NCBI GenBank assembly: GCA_963726195.1
Contig: CAVSBO010000004.1
Coordinates: 160,001 to 224,000 of the forward strand
Origin: Candidatus Thorarchaeota archaeon
GTDB lineage: Archaea > Asgardarchaeota > Thorarchaeia > Thorarchaeales > Thorarchaeaceae
Direction: 5' to 3'
Length of the DNA stretch: 64,000 bases
In this document: positions 48,868 to 59,370 of the stretch, piece by piece
Numbering within the stretch: position 1 is the first letter of the stretch
Layout of the letters: each line of letters starts with the position of its first letter
Position numbers and translations under genes: made by a program
Notes under the pieces: generated by a model
Database searches by the model: none
The model's input: the letters and a program-made list of their open reading frames with translations, nothing else
Told to the model about the DNA's origin: nothing

Positions 48868-51800
48868 TTGGGATCGTGCAAGAGAACACTCCTGTTGACA
48901 GTAGTGACAATCAGTTTTCTAATGCTTCAGAACGCAGCTTTGGTCAGCGCTGCAGCGCCTGGCTATACGAACTATACCGTATTTGGGTACGTCAAGGATA
49001 CTGCAGGCAACGCTATCAGCGGTGCAGCTGTAAACATCTACGACACACTTGACAAAGAGGTCTATTTCGGGTCAACGTCGACCGACGGCAATGGGTACTT
49101 CACCAAGACCATCAGCCTCAGATATGCTCCGGACGGCTTCTATTGTGTGGTTACCAAGTCTGGGTACCAAGATAATGCAGCGTACGGTACCCGCTCGGGA
49201 ACATCCATCAATATGGGTACAATACCTATGAACCCCTTGCCACCGCCTGCTCCTGATATCAATAGCTATGTGGTGACCGTTGGTGGTCTGAGGCAACTCA
49301 CTGTCAGTTGGATTGTTCTTTGGGGCGCTCGCTCCACTAGTTGTACCTGCAAATGCTATTGGAGTTATGACCCAAGCTTTGACGAAACTGAGGTAATATA
49401 CACTTACGCCTCCTCGAGTCTGCAGAAGTCGCACTCTGTGTCTGTTCCTCAGAACACACTCAGCATTTGTGCTCACACCTACTCGTACAGGATTTTGGCA
49501 CAGAGCAAGAATGGTGGCGGTGATTCACCATCGACTACGGTGGAAAAAACCTTCACTCTAACGGCCTGGAGAATCGCTCCCATGGGTGATGCTTGGACGT
49601 ATGCGAGTGACCCGAACTCGAACTTCAATGGTAACACCATTCGAGTCGTTGCGGGCTACCCAGCACTGCCTGGCTACGGGTGGTTGAAGTTCAATGTGCC
49701 GTACCCGGAACTCGTCAAATCTGCCACCCTCTATGCCTACGTCAATTCGCTGGAATCGAACGGCCACGGATCTATTAAGGCATATGAGAGCGGCACCAAT
49801 TGGAATGAAAACACAATAACCTATGCAAACTCATGGAATACCGTCAGTATAGGACAGATGATGGCAGTCGATTCAGAGGGCTCTGCTGGAGCTTGGGATT
49901 CATGGAACGTACTGCCCGCCGCCACCAAGAATCAGTTCATCTCCTTTCGGCTTACGGCTGTCCCACCAGTGGGAGGCTACTGGTACGGAGCTACGTACTA
50001 CTCAAAGGAATGGTCGGTCTTGGGCTCTAGACCCTACCTTGAGGTGGAATACTGGGGCGTTGCAGAAGAGGCCTGGCAACCAAGCGGCTTCATGAGCGAT
50101 ACCTTCGATGCCCCCACCCTGAGTCCAGTATGGAGCGTGCAGAGTGACCCTGGCAATCCTTGGTCATACAGACTCGGTGATTGGGGCGATTGTGGACAAA
50201 GGGCTCTGATTGTGTCAGGAACAGGTGCGATTACCCAGCAGTTGGGATACTGCTTCAGTCAGAACAACCTCCAAGTGACCGGGCCTTTCTTCTTTGAAAC
50301 GTGGGTAGAGATTCTCGCCGTAGAGGGTAGGATAGGAATCTCGCTGTACTCGGGTGGAACACCATACGCTGAGGTGTACTTCAGGTGGGGTTGGGGTGAG
50401 GGCTTCATCTCGGGCTCCAGCATACGAGGAAATCAGCCAGTCGAGACTGCGACCTACGACTATCAGGGGGATGGTTATCAACACTTGTACATAATGCGAG
50501 ACTGCAAAGGATTGGTATCCGCAGGTATTCTCAAAGACCCCTATACCAATCCCGATAATCTACCCACTGACATTACTATTGCTACCAATCGCAGGGAATT
50601 GCGATCATACGCGACTCCAAGCACAGAGACCCCATCCACCATCACTTCTGTCAAAATTCAAATGGTCGCCAAGCAGTATTTCGGAACAGGGAGTTTGGCT
50701 TGCCTTGAGATTAGATCCGACTCGTGGCTGGGCTTGGAGAACCCGAGACGATACTCCGACCCTATTCAAGGAGGACCCACCTACGCATGCTTCGAGTCTC
50801 CTCTACAGTGTTCTGATTTCCAATCCAGCAACGTCACCACGTACTGGAAAGACATACAAGGCCAGACACCCGTAGGGACCTTGTACAACTGGGGACCGCC
50901 TTTTGCGTGCTCCTGGCATGCGTCTAGTACGGGCTCGAGAGAGTACACGTTAATGCAGCAGCTTGTGAATGACAGGATTAGCATGACTCTTGATGCCATA
51001 CGAGGTAGGATAGTGAGCTTCAAGTTCTCGGCGCGCTACGACGCTGGTCCTGGGGCGGTCAGAGCAGTGATGAGGTACCACGTCGTAGGGCAAGCTGATC
51101 CAGTTGCCATTGCAGGGCCTTGGGTGCAGCTCGTGCAGGATGAATGGGTCGATGCGTCAGTAGATACGAGTCGCCCTCTTCCGCCTACAATTGACTGGCT
51201 ACAAGTCATCATGCAAGGAACAGCCGTCGGGACATCCCAGACTTTCAGCGGGTACTTTGACAATACAGGGTTCGGAATCAAGGAAGACAACTCTCTGTCT
51301 CTGGCCGCTACCGGTGGCAGTCTTGTGTCGTGCGGCTTGGCCGTCGTGCATGCCGCCTATGTCCCCTCGTTATATGAGGCCCGTCTGGTGACTGTTCTCA
51401 TCATTGAAGCAGGGAGCGGAACAACGCTAGACAGACTCTGGCTGGACGTGAAAGTAAGCGATGGTAAAGGCAGCATACATTGCACGGCCTTCGACGGTTC
51501 CAATCAGCCCAACGGGGTCTATCTAGAAGGCAACAATCAGCTGGTACAGCCATATGATCCGGCACCCATTGTAAACGCCTTGACAACTGCCGCTCTGGGG
51601 GCAAAGTGGTTCACGAGATTAATCCTCTTCTGTACTCCCGACGTGCCTTCCCCAGTCGGTTGGATCATTTCGGATGCCGTAGGATTGGGCTTTGATGGAC
51701 TAATATCGATGGAGAAGCAACAGGCTCCCAATCCCGACGGAGCCCCGAACAATCCAGCGCAGGCGCACTTCATTTATCAACCCAACACCCAGTATGCGAT

Positions 51801-51963
51801 GATCATTTTTGGACTTGATTGGACTCAGCTGCTGGTTCCAGCTGGAGCCAGTGACCCGATGATGCAAATAGACTTCACTGTCCAATTGTGTTCAGCAACA
51901 CATGTTGGGGGTTGGTGGAGGAATAGCGTCACGATGTTCTTGACAATGAATACACCTGTATAG
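48868..51963 (+). CDS. Large secreted multidomain protein (carboxypeptidase-regulatory-like Ig, FN3-like, DNRLRE/CBM96-like and further beta domains)
   Basis: Signal peptide; GYVKDTAGNAISGA; DAWTYASDPNSNF..LKFNV..SATLY..WNENTITY..YSKEW..RPYLEVEY. Confidence 0.75.
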   Translation: MGSCKRTLLLTVVTISFLMLQNAALVSAAAPGYTNYTVFGYVKDTAGNAISGAAVNIYDTLDKEVYFGSTSTDGNGYFTKTISLRYAPDGFYCVVTKSGYQDNAAYGTRSGTSINMGTIPMNPLPPPAPDINSYVVTVGGLRQLTVSWIVLWGARSTSCTCKCYWSYDPSFDETEVIYTYASSSLQKSHSVSVPQNTLSICAHTYSYRILAQSKNGGGDSPSTTVEKTFTLTAWRIAPMGDAWTYASDPNSNFNGNTIRVVAGYPALPGYGWLKFNVPYPELVKSATLYAYVNSLESNGHGSIKAYESGTNWNENTITYANSWNTVSIGQMMAVDSEGSAGAWDSWNVLPAATKNQFISFRLTAVPPVGGYWYGATYYSKEWSVLGSRPYLEVEYWGVAEEAWQPSGFMSDTFDAPTLSPVWSVQSDPGNPWSYRLGDWGDCGQRALIVSGTGAITQQLGYCFSQNNLQVTGPFFFETWVEILAVEGRIGISLYSGGTPYAEVYFRWGWGEGFISGSSIRGNQPVETATYDYQGDGYQHLYIMRDCKGLVSAGILKDPYTNPDNLPTDITIATNRRELRSYATPSTETPSTITSVKIQMVAKQYFGTGSLACLEIRSDSWLGLENPRRYSDPIQGGPTYACFESPLQCSDFQSSNVTTYWKDIQGQTPVGTLYNWGPPFACSWHASSTGSREYTLMQQLVNDRISMTLDAIRGRIVSFKFSARYDAGPGAVRAVMRYHVVGQADPVAIAGPWVQLVQDEWVDASVDTSRPLPPTIDWLQVIMQGTAVGTSQTFSGYFDNTGFGIKEDNSLSLAATGGSLVSCGLAVVHAAYVPSLYEARLVTVLIIEAGSGTTLDRLWLDVKVSDGKGSIHCTAFDGSNQPNGVYLEGNNQLVQPYDPAPIVNALTTAALGAKWFTRLILFCTPDVPSPVGWIISDAVGLGFDGLISMEKQQAPNPDGAPNNPAQAHFIYQPNTQYAMIIFGLDWTQLLVPAGASDPMMQIDFTVQLCSATHVGGWWRNSVTMFLTMNTPV

Positions 51964-52149
51964 AGGTGCAACGGTGGGATTCTAGGCTCTGACCTTGATA
52001 CCCACCTTCCTTTTTATTTCCTGAAATCTCATAGCGCCTGACTGCTCGTATCACAACAACGGCGGCGGTCTAGGCAAAACCGAGAATCGGATCTAGTCCC
52101 GGCCATGCGGTTTGTATGCATAAAGAAGACTATCTAGGGGGCAGCCAAG

Positions 52150-52610
52150 GCTAGTCGAATTGCTTTGGCAAAGCCAAGGCCGTTCATCATGACGCAAGTC
52201 ATACCCTGACCTGAAGTGTCTATTGCCCATTTCGGAAGAGATTCTTGATTGGTGTAGTGCTGTCGATTCTATCTTTGGTTGGGGTCTTGGGTGTGGTTTG
52301 TCACCCTCGATGACTTCCGCCTAGGTACCCTGTGTTTCTCGCATCATCAACGGACCTGAGGATTGAGAAACTTCGATGTGTTCTTTCAGATTTGGTATGC
52401 TCAACGCGTTCGACAGTATGTCAATGAGTCGCGACGTGCTCCTTTGTCTGTTCGTGCAGATCCTTCCCGTTTTTGCCTGGCGCGATTTTCGCCCAAGCAT
52501 CATGCTCCGCAGGAAGCGTGATTGTCATAACGCTCTTGCCCTCTGGAAAGCACAACAGGTCGATGCTGCTGCAGAATCTTATGATCTCTAAGGGAAGTGA
52601 TTGCATGTCT
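52150..52610 (-). pseudogene. Decayed C-terminal fragment of a phytoene dehydrogenase-like (COG1233) FAD oxidoreductase
   Basis: PEGKSVMTI..KEHVA / LIDIL..IPNLKEHIEV..PLMM / TPIKNLFRNGQ* / GQGMTCVMMNG in shifting frames with an in-frame TAG. Confidence 0.65.
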
Positions 52611-52727
52611 GGATGTTGACGCCTCTATTGATGTATTTGGGCATGGACACGTTCTGGAACCAAATCCAGAGTTCATGTTCCTTTTCATCTGCTTCGGATT
52701 GCTCTCGTTGAGTCTGGGAGATCTTTC

Positions 52728-54332
52728 TTAGGCTTCGTTCAAATAATGCTTGTAGACTTTGTACACAGCCCCTCTCTGAATCGTATTCAAATGCACGTAG
52801 GGTCTTGCATCGTAGACGGTTGAATAGGCTTCGTCAATACTCATTCCTTTCGAAATGAGATAGCCAATCACGAGCATCGGGCTTCGTCCTCGTCCCAGCC
52901 TGCAATGCACATACACTCTGCCCTCCTTCGCAAATTCGCTGGTTTTCGTAACCAGCGAAATCAGCGCTTCGGTGTCCGGCGCAGAGTCATCTTTGATAGG
53001 GCAGTACAGGAACTTCATCGAGTTATTGGCGGTATTGTTTTTGGGCGGCAGTTCCTCTGCCAGATTGATAACTGACTTGATTCCGTACTCGGCAAGTGTA
53101 TTGTAGTCTATGGCAGGTCCGAGAAATATGTTACCAATCCTTGAGACCCTGTTCTTGCTGCGACGAGCCGCAGCGTAATGCATCAGTCCCTCTAACAAAG
53201 GCCTTGGGTCTCGCTTCAGAAGCTCCTCGATGAATGGAACCCCTCCTCCGATGACCCCTCGGAACAAGCCCGGCGGAATCAAGGGACCCTTCGCGTCGTT
53301 CATTGAGTTCAACATTCTCATGGCTATACCACGCACACTGACAAACATCCTCTTTCTAGTGACTGTCTGAGGTTTGACATCCTCTGATTTGTAGTTCTCC
53401 ACAAGTAGTCTTGGAAAGTCCACACCGGACGCGATTGCTAGCGGCAGAGTGCCCCAGAACCTGGGGTTAACTTTCATGAAGTACACTTTCCCATCGCTGC
53501 TCATCTTGTACTCGGTCATGGCAACCCCTTTCCATTTCAACGCCTTCAGCAGTCTGTAGCCCTGTCTCGCAGCTTCGGGGTTGAGGTAAGTCTCGGCGAT
53601 CGCGCTTGGACCACCCTCTGAAAACACCTCCAAGATTCTCTTGTGACCAAACACGGCTATTGGCTTGTGATTCTCCGAAAAGATGAAAGAAGCTCCCACC
53701 CCCACACCTTCCACATACTGTTGTAGAATGACCGGACTAGCGAGCCGCAGAAGCTTATTGAACTTCTGCGAGAAGTCCTCCTCCGATTCTTCCCTGATGA
53801 TATAGTGGCGCTCACTCGGAGGGATATTCATCTCCGTTGACACTTTTATTATCAAGGGAAGTCCGACTTCGTGTATTGCGTCTTTGAGCCGGGGTACCTG
53901 TGAAAGCAGTTCCGTTTTCGGAACGGTGACCCGATTCTCTTGAGCAATCTCCAGAATCTTGTCTTTGTCTACAGCTTTGCTCAAGGTGTCATAATCGGGT
54001 ATTGGTACAGTTGCGCCTGCGTCTTCAAGGTCTCCTTTGATCATCGACGTGGCTAACTGAGTCTTCTCCATCGTTGGTATTATGAAATCAAACCCGGAGG
54101 CGAATTTCCGCAGATAACGATGAAAGTCCTCCATTGCGTACGAGGGATCAGGATAGAAGCAGAATCCTTTGCAGTACTTGGAGGATGCATCGAAGGTGTG
54201 TGAGCCGTAAGGAAAACCAAGGATGACTTGGTGCCCGGCTGATCCCAAGGACCTCGCCGCGACCAATGGGTACGGAGGTTCTCCAGCATCTAATATGAGA
54301 ACTCTCTTGCCATTAGCGCGTGAATTGCCCAC
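52728..54332 (-). CDS. ATP-grasp (carboxylate-amine ligase-like) protein fused to a dual-specificity protein phosphatase
   Basis: ARSLG, DKDK, PLIIK, ILQQYVEG, VNPRFWG; C-terminal PIKDD and VYVHCRLGRGRS. Confidence 0.85.
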   Translation of the reverse strand: MGNSRANGKRVLILDAGEPPYPLVAARSLGSAGHQVILGFPYGSHTFDASSKYCKGFCFYPDPSYAMEDFHRYLRKFASGFDFIIPTMEKTQLATSMIKGDLEDAGATVPIPDYDTLSKAVDKDKILEIAQENRVTVPKTELLSQVPRLKDAIHEVGLPLIIKVSTEMNIPPSERHYIIREESEEDFSQKFNKLLRLASPVILQQYVEGVGVGASFIFSENHKPIAVFGHKRILEVFSEGGPSAIAETYLNPEAARQGYRLLKALKWKGVAMTEYKMSSDGKVYFMKVNPRFWGTLPLAIASGVDFPRLLVENYKSEDVKPQTVTRKRMFVSVRGIAMRMLNSMNDAKGPLIPPGLFRGVIGGGVPFIEELLKRDPRPLLEGLMHYAAARRSKNRVSRIGNIFLGPAIDYNTLAEYGIKSVINLAEELPPKNNTANNSMKFLYCPIKDDSAPDTEALISLVTKTSEFAKEGRVYVHCRLGRGRSPMLVIGYLISKGMSIDEAYSTVYDARPYVHLNTIQRGAVYKVYKHYLNEA

Positions 54333-54614
54333 TTGTCACCCAACCTTGTGAACTGCAGTCGAATCCATGTTCGGTCTTGAAGCACATGAAATGGTTCCGT
54401 GATTTGTCACTTGGCCGCATGCCGACCGCATGAACTGAGGTTCGTCTTCTGGCCAATGCCCTATTGAAGCTTTAGGAGCAATTGAGACAATTGTGCTCGT
54501 GGCATGTGTTCTCCGAGATGGGCCTCGCTAGTGAAGCAACGCATTCGCCGAATCCTTGTCTATTATTGCGCTTGCATCCATACAGTCAAAGGGGAGTTTG
54601 AGGAGTACCGATGA

Positions 54615-55683
54615 TCAGGTTGCTGTCGAGAGAGTTTGTCGCTCCTGCGTCTCTGAGTAGATGATGCGGAAATCACAGTTCATGTTGGTCAGCCTCTTAC
54701 TCGCGACTTCTATGGCTGCCTCCGATGAATCGCAGATTGTCCACCTGCGGCCTGCCTTCTCTGCTGCCGCAGCTGTGGTTCCGGTCCCCGCGAAGAAGTC
54801 TCCAACAAGATCGCCGCTATCTGTAGCACACTCGATTATCCTTCGTAACAGTGATTCTGGTTTCTGAGTGAGGAAACCCGTATACTCTGCCGAGCTGACC
54901 TTGAATGGGCGGAATGTCGAGCCAGAGATTTGAGACCAAGACTCCCGGCACATCGTCGAGGTACTGCTTCTTGGAGTAGCGTCCGTTCTTGCTTCTATAT
55001 ATGAGGTCTCGACTCCACCACTCATCCAGTGTTTCTCTCTTGTACAGGTATGGTGCGGTGCGTCCTCTCCACTCAAACTGCTTCCTGTCTTCCGACCTCT
55101 GGATACCCTGCGCTTCTATCTCAATCAGCCTGAACCTTCCTTTCTCATCCTTGTACCTGTACGGCGTGACGGATTTTGAATCATGCTCTCGATAGACGGG
55201 CCGAGCCCGGAACAGCGAAGAATCCTTAGCATACACCAAGATTATGTCATGTTGGCTCCCGAAGCCCTTACTCTGTGCCTTGGGGCTGTTCGTGCGCCGC
55301 CATACTATTTCATTGACGAAGTTGTCGTACCCGAAGAGTTCGTCCATGAGGACTTTCGCGTAGTGCGAAACATGCCAGTCTAGGTGCAACCAGATGCTGC
55401 CGTCATCACTAACCAAGCATTTCATTGCGGCAAGACGCTCTTCCAAGAAGGCTAGGTATTGCTTGAGCCCTCCTTCCCACTTATCGGTGTAGGTGCTCCT
55501 TTCAGAAAGTAGAGGCGCCCTGTTCTCAGAATTGCTCGTCTTAAGTTTGATACTGTAGTTTGTGTCCGTGAAGAAGGGGGGATTCAGGTAGACCAGCTTG
55601 AATTCCCCAGCGTGTTCCTTGGCAAATCCCTTGACTACTTGCAGGCAGTCCCCGACGAAAATGGCGTTGCGCCACGGCTCCAT
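54615..55683 (-). CDS. Orphan amino-DNA methyltransferase (beta class, Mod-like); 1-nt insertion near 54898
   Basis: LVYLNPPF, HLDWH, NEIVW, TQKPESLLRRII, DFFAGTGTT. Confidence 0.88.
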
Positions 55684-55728
55684 GACTCCCGTGATAGGAC
55701 AGACCGCCCTTAAGAACTGTCCCAGAGC

Positions 55729-58533
55729 GTGCGCTGCCAAAGCCTTGAATCCGGCATTGATATTAGAGGGTCTGCTTTTTGCCCAACGGTACTGAGGAGG
55801 TCTCATCGCCAGTTGTCACGATTCGGGTTTCCTTTGACACTCATGTTCGTGCCTCTTCTCCTGTTCCCGTGTGCAATGTGCGGATTGGTTATTGCTGGAC
55901 CTGTGTTTCAGCCGCAGGCCGGGCCCTCTGCGAATGTTGCTTTGGTTGGCGGAGGCAACATGCCCTCAGTCGTAACATCATTGCGAATCGATTCGCAGTC
56001 CATTCACCTGACCCAGTTCGCCTCAATTGCAGCGGCATTGACCGACCCGAATACCAATGCGCTAATCATTGCCGATGTTCCTATGGGCCCGTCTGATATG
56101 GGGTTGCTCACTACCTTCCTTACGAGCGGTGGCGGCATCCTGGTTCTTGTTGGCCCATCGATGACAGCCAACGGGACTGGTTTCCAAGAACTCAACATCA
56201 CGATAAACAACAATCTTGTTGCGAGCAGAGATCAAGCTGGGGTGATTACCCGAATGATGAACAGCACCCACCCCATAATGAGCTTTGACTGGGCCTCTGC
56301 TCCACCAACCGAAAAGATGACAATTCTTCCAGTTCTCAGTCCTTCGAGTAAAACACTTCTCGCGAATGATACCGGTCGCGGGACGGGCGGTGCTCCGTTG
56401 CTTGTATACAGGTCCGTGGGCTCAGGCAATATACTGGTCTTTACACCTTGGCTCACGGTCAATAGCACCGCGGAGGAGCCCCAAGTAAACTACGAGACCA
56501 TCCTTTGGCCCTACTTCAACTACTTCATGTATTCTGCCAGCATGTACCTCGGGGGTCAGAGCGCCCTCACATTTCCAGAGTGGCCGTACTCTCCTGTGCC
56601 GCATTTTGAACAGCAGCTGATTATCGGGGTAATTGTGGCTGTAGTCGGTGTTACGACGGTGTCGTCCTATCGCAGGATGAAACACAAGTCTGTCATGCAT
56701 CCCGAGGTTCTCTCTGAAATGGAACGGGCTGAGCTGCTCGTGAAGACGGGCGAGATAACTGAGTGGGAAGAGATAGGGATGCACCGACAAATCGGTGGAT
56801 TTCTCATACAGTTGTTCATCACGCTCATTCTCGTTATCCCACGTACCATCCTCACTGTCATGATCTATCCGCGGTACATTATGCCTTTCCCGCAAGCAGC
56901 CGGATGGTTCTCCTTCAGTGTTAATCTCTTTCTAGGATTATGGACAGTGTTTGACCTTGGTACGGCTGTAGCATTGGCGAAGTATTTCGCCGAGTACCGC
57001 GTATCTCAGCCTGAAGAAGCTGTGAAGTACGCACAGATCTTCGTTTGGTGGCAGTGTCTAAGTGGTGTCGTACAAATCACGTTTATCGCGTTCGTCGGTT
57101 CAATCATATTTCCGCACACTTACTTGGCCCACCTTACCTACGTGTTCATCGCACACTCTCTGTTCCAGTTCCCAGGTTTCACATTGTTGTTCCTGTACGC
57201 TTTCCAAGGAATGAACCGAATCGACTACTTCCAGATTTCGACCATCCTGAAGTACGCTGTTTTCGATATCTTGGGCCCGTATACTGTCATCCTCGCGTTC
57301 CGATGGTGGGGAGCTCAGAATCCGATATTCGGCGAGGGACTCGCAGGCGCAATCGGGCAGGCAATCGGGTCATACGTTTCGGAATACCTCACGTTTGCTG
57401 CATCCATGTACATGTTCAAGAAGATGGGGTTCAAGGCCAGCACGCTGTTCCGGGTGGACTTCAAAAGGGAGCAGATAAAGCGAGCCCTGAAGTTTGGCGG
57501 CAAGTGGACCGTTGGCGCATCGATGGTCCCGATTGTCTGGTTCTACCAGATGCTTCTAGTCAGCACAAATGTGTTGAACTGGGCCGCACTCCAAGGCCAA
57601 TACGAACTGGCATGGAACCTGGCGATAATGGTCAGCATCGTGGGGCTCTTCATGGAAGGAATGCTCGGAGGAATCTCGGAGTCATACTCTCATGGCAAGA
57701 AGAAGCTGACCGAGTACTACACTGCCCAAGCTCTCAAGTACGGTGCCTTCTTCGTGTTTTGGCTGATTTCATCCTTGGCTGCTGTTGGTGCCAGAGCTAT
57801 CTTGGGAGCGGCGGGAGCTGAGTGGGCGTATGCGGCCGTGTTGCTCCAGTTCTTCTTGATATTCCAGATCCTAGGCTTCTGGTCTTGGCTGGGTGATTGG
57901 GTATATGCAGCTGCGGAGAGGACCGGACTCGCTGCCGCTGTCTGGGTTCTTGAGCAATCAATCAGAGCAGTGGCAATGACGTGGTTTGTAATCAATCAGC
58001 CGACCCTTGTCATTACGTGGCCAATACACTACTCAGTGTATCTTGGTGGAATGCCAGGCATAATAGTCGGGTATTGTATTGGCCTTGTGTGCAAGGACTT
58101 CGCCGCGTGGGTCGTAATCCGCAGGAAGATAACCAAACCAAAGCTCTACGTCTGGCAGAGCTACGTTGGTCCTGCTCTAGCTGCAATCGTGAACTACATC
58201 GTGCTTGAGGAAATTGCTGAGTACATGTGGAACGGAGACTTGATTACCTCAGCTCTGTTATTCTTCGTAGGAACAATACCGTCGCTCTATCTATTCGGCT
58301 TTGTCAGTGGTATCACTGGAGTCTGGGACAAGAACACCCTTGTTGAGTTTAAGAGGGCGGCCGGGATGGTTCATATTCGTGGACTCGGTTGGATGGCCAG
58401 AAGGTTCTATGGTTCCGTCGCTCTGGGCGCCCGGATAACTCCGCTTCACAACAGATTCCCAATTGATGTGTACGATGCTGCAATGATCGAGGCTGAGGAG
58501 CTGACAAGGGAGAAGAAGAAGCTCGTGATTTAG
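55729..58533 (+). CDS. Membrane protein: exported GATase-like domain fused to MOP/flippase-like multi-TM domain
   Basis: N-terminal hydrophobic segment, FLTSGGGILVLVG..GSGNILVF domain with NxT/S sequons, then ~14 TM with VFDLGTAVALAKYFAEY; start codon uncertain. Confidence 0.7.
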   Translation: MRCQSLESGIDIRGSAFCPTVLRRSHRQLSRFGFPLTLMFVPLLLFPCAMCGLVIAGPVFQPQAGPSANVALVGGGNMPSVVTSLRIDSQSIHLTQFASIAAALTDPNTNALIIADVPMGPSDMGLLTTFLTSGGGILVLVGPSMTANGTGFQELNITINNNLVASRDQAGVITRMMNSTHPIMSFDWASAPPTEKMTILPVLSPSSKTLLANDTGRGTGGAPLLVYRSVGSGNILVFTPWLTVNSTAEEPQVNYETILWPYFNYFMYSASMYLGGQSALTFPEWPYSPVPHFEQQLIIGVIVAVVGVTTVSSYRRMKHKSVMHPEVLSEMERAELLVKTGEITEWEEIGMHRQIGGFLIQLFITLILVIPRTILTVMIYPRYIMPFPQAAGWFSFSVNLFLGLWTVFDLGTAVALAKYFAEYRVSQPEEAVKYAQIFVWWQCLSGVVQITFIAFVGSIIFPHTYLAHLTYVFIAHSLFQFPGFTLLFLYAFQGMNRIDYFQISTILKYAVFDILGPYTVILAFRWWGAQNPIFGEGLAGAIGQAIGSYVSEYLTFAASMYMFKKMGFKASTLFRVDFKREQIKRALKFGGKWTVGASMVPIVWFYQMLLVSTNVLNWAALQGQYELAWNLAIMVSIVGLFMEGMLGGISESYSHGKKKLTEYYTAQALKYGAFFVFWLISSLAAVGARAILGAAGAEWAYAAVLLQFFLIFQILGFWSWLGDWVYAAAERTGLAAAVWVLEQSIRAVAMTWFVINQPTLVITWPIHYSVYLGGMPGIIVGYCIGLVCKDFAAWVVIRRKITKPKLYVWQSYVGPALAAIVNYIVLEEIAEYMWNGDLITSALLFFVGTIPSLYLFGFVSGITGVWDKNTLVEFKRAAGMVHIRGLGWMARRFYGSVALGARITPLHNRFPIDVYDAAMIEAEELTREKKKLVI

Positions 58534-58716
58534 GCTCCAGCAAAGAGAAGATGTCTCTGCTTGCCTGAGGCCTCGGCTGTCGGCGATGACCGAGTCGCTG
58601 GGAGAGTAGATGTCCTTAGATGTGGCGTGCGAAAGAGAGATAGGCGTGTAAGCTCTGATTTGGCACACCTCATCACGTGAGGTAGAGTTGGAAGGGGTCT
58701 GACAACAGACTTTGAG

Positions 58717-58974
58717 GTGACGGAGATGTCAACAGAGAGGCAAAGGGGTCTCCAAATCCAGATAGTTCTTTTTTGGTCAGCCGCAATAGTCGTGGGCGCG
58801 ATTGGATTCATGGTATACCTCAGACTGATGCCCGCGTTCGATCTGAGCATGGACATGCAGGAATACATGAATGCTATGATGTATGCCACAAGCGTTTCGG
58901 TGGTTTTCTCTGCGATCTCAGGAATCCTCGCAATCATTGGCATAGTCAAGTTGGTGCAGTACTTCAAGACCTAG
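58717..58974 (+). CDS. Small 2-TM hypothetical protein
   Basis: 85 aa, two hydrophobic helices, GAGGTG upstream of the internal ATG. Confidence 0.6.
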   Translation: MTEMSTERQRGLQIQIVLFWSAAIVVGAIGFMVYLRLMPAFDLSMDMQEYMNAMMYATSVSVVFSAISGILAIIGIVKLVQYFKT

Positions 58975-59023
58975 AACACACTGAACCAGCTATCATTCCG
59001 TGCACCACAGATTCCGGGTGCAT

Positions 59024-59269
59024 TCACATGTCCATGTCGACTGGTTCTTCTGGCGCTGTTGCGGCGATCTTCTCGCGAGTAGCCTTAGTCCTGACGAGCC
59101 TGACCATGTACCCCGCTACTCTGTTTCTGACCTTCTTTGACGTCTTCCCCTCGATTCTCTGCTCGACGAGTCTCTTGTTTGTTTCAAAATCATTAGTGAA
59201 CTCGTCAGGGAAGTTCTGAAAGAGGGTTCTGGCCGCAATCTTGATGTAACCTGGTCGTATGCTACCCAA
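59024..59269 (-). CDS. rps17e: 30S ribosomal protein S17e
   Basis: MGSIRPGYIK..FTNDFETNK..SKKVRNRVAGY. Confidence 0.95.
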   Translation of the reverse strand: MGSIRPGYIKIAARTLFQNFPDEFTNDFETNKRLVEQRIEGKTSKKVRNRVAGYMVRLVRTKATREKIAATAPEEPVDMDM

Positions 59270-59320
59270 TCTTTACTCACCGTATTCAGTGTGTCAAGTC
59301 CGGCTCTGGCTCGACCTGTC

Positions 59321-59328
59321 TTTATAAA
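59321..59328. promoter_or_regulatory. Palindromic TATA box shared by divergent rps17e and lig
   Basis: TTTATAAA near the middle of a ~100-bp intergenic region. Confidence 0.55.
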
Positions 59329-59370
59329 CTCATGCATCTTTCACAAGCGGCGCGGAGAGGTATTCGAATC

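Noticed and set aside
54615-55683. Restriction-modification system
   Set aside because: No restriction endonuclease or Res helicase nearby
56422-57821. Long overlapping or antisense ORFs (e.g. 57045-57821; also 29185-29847 and 62518-63075)
   Set aside because: Shadow frames of real genes with no recognisable motifs
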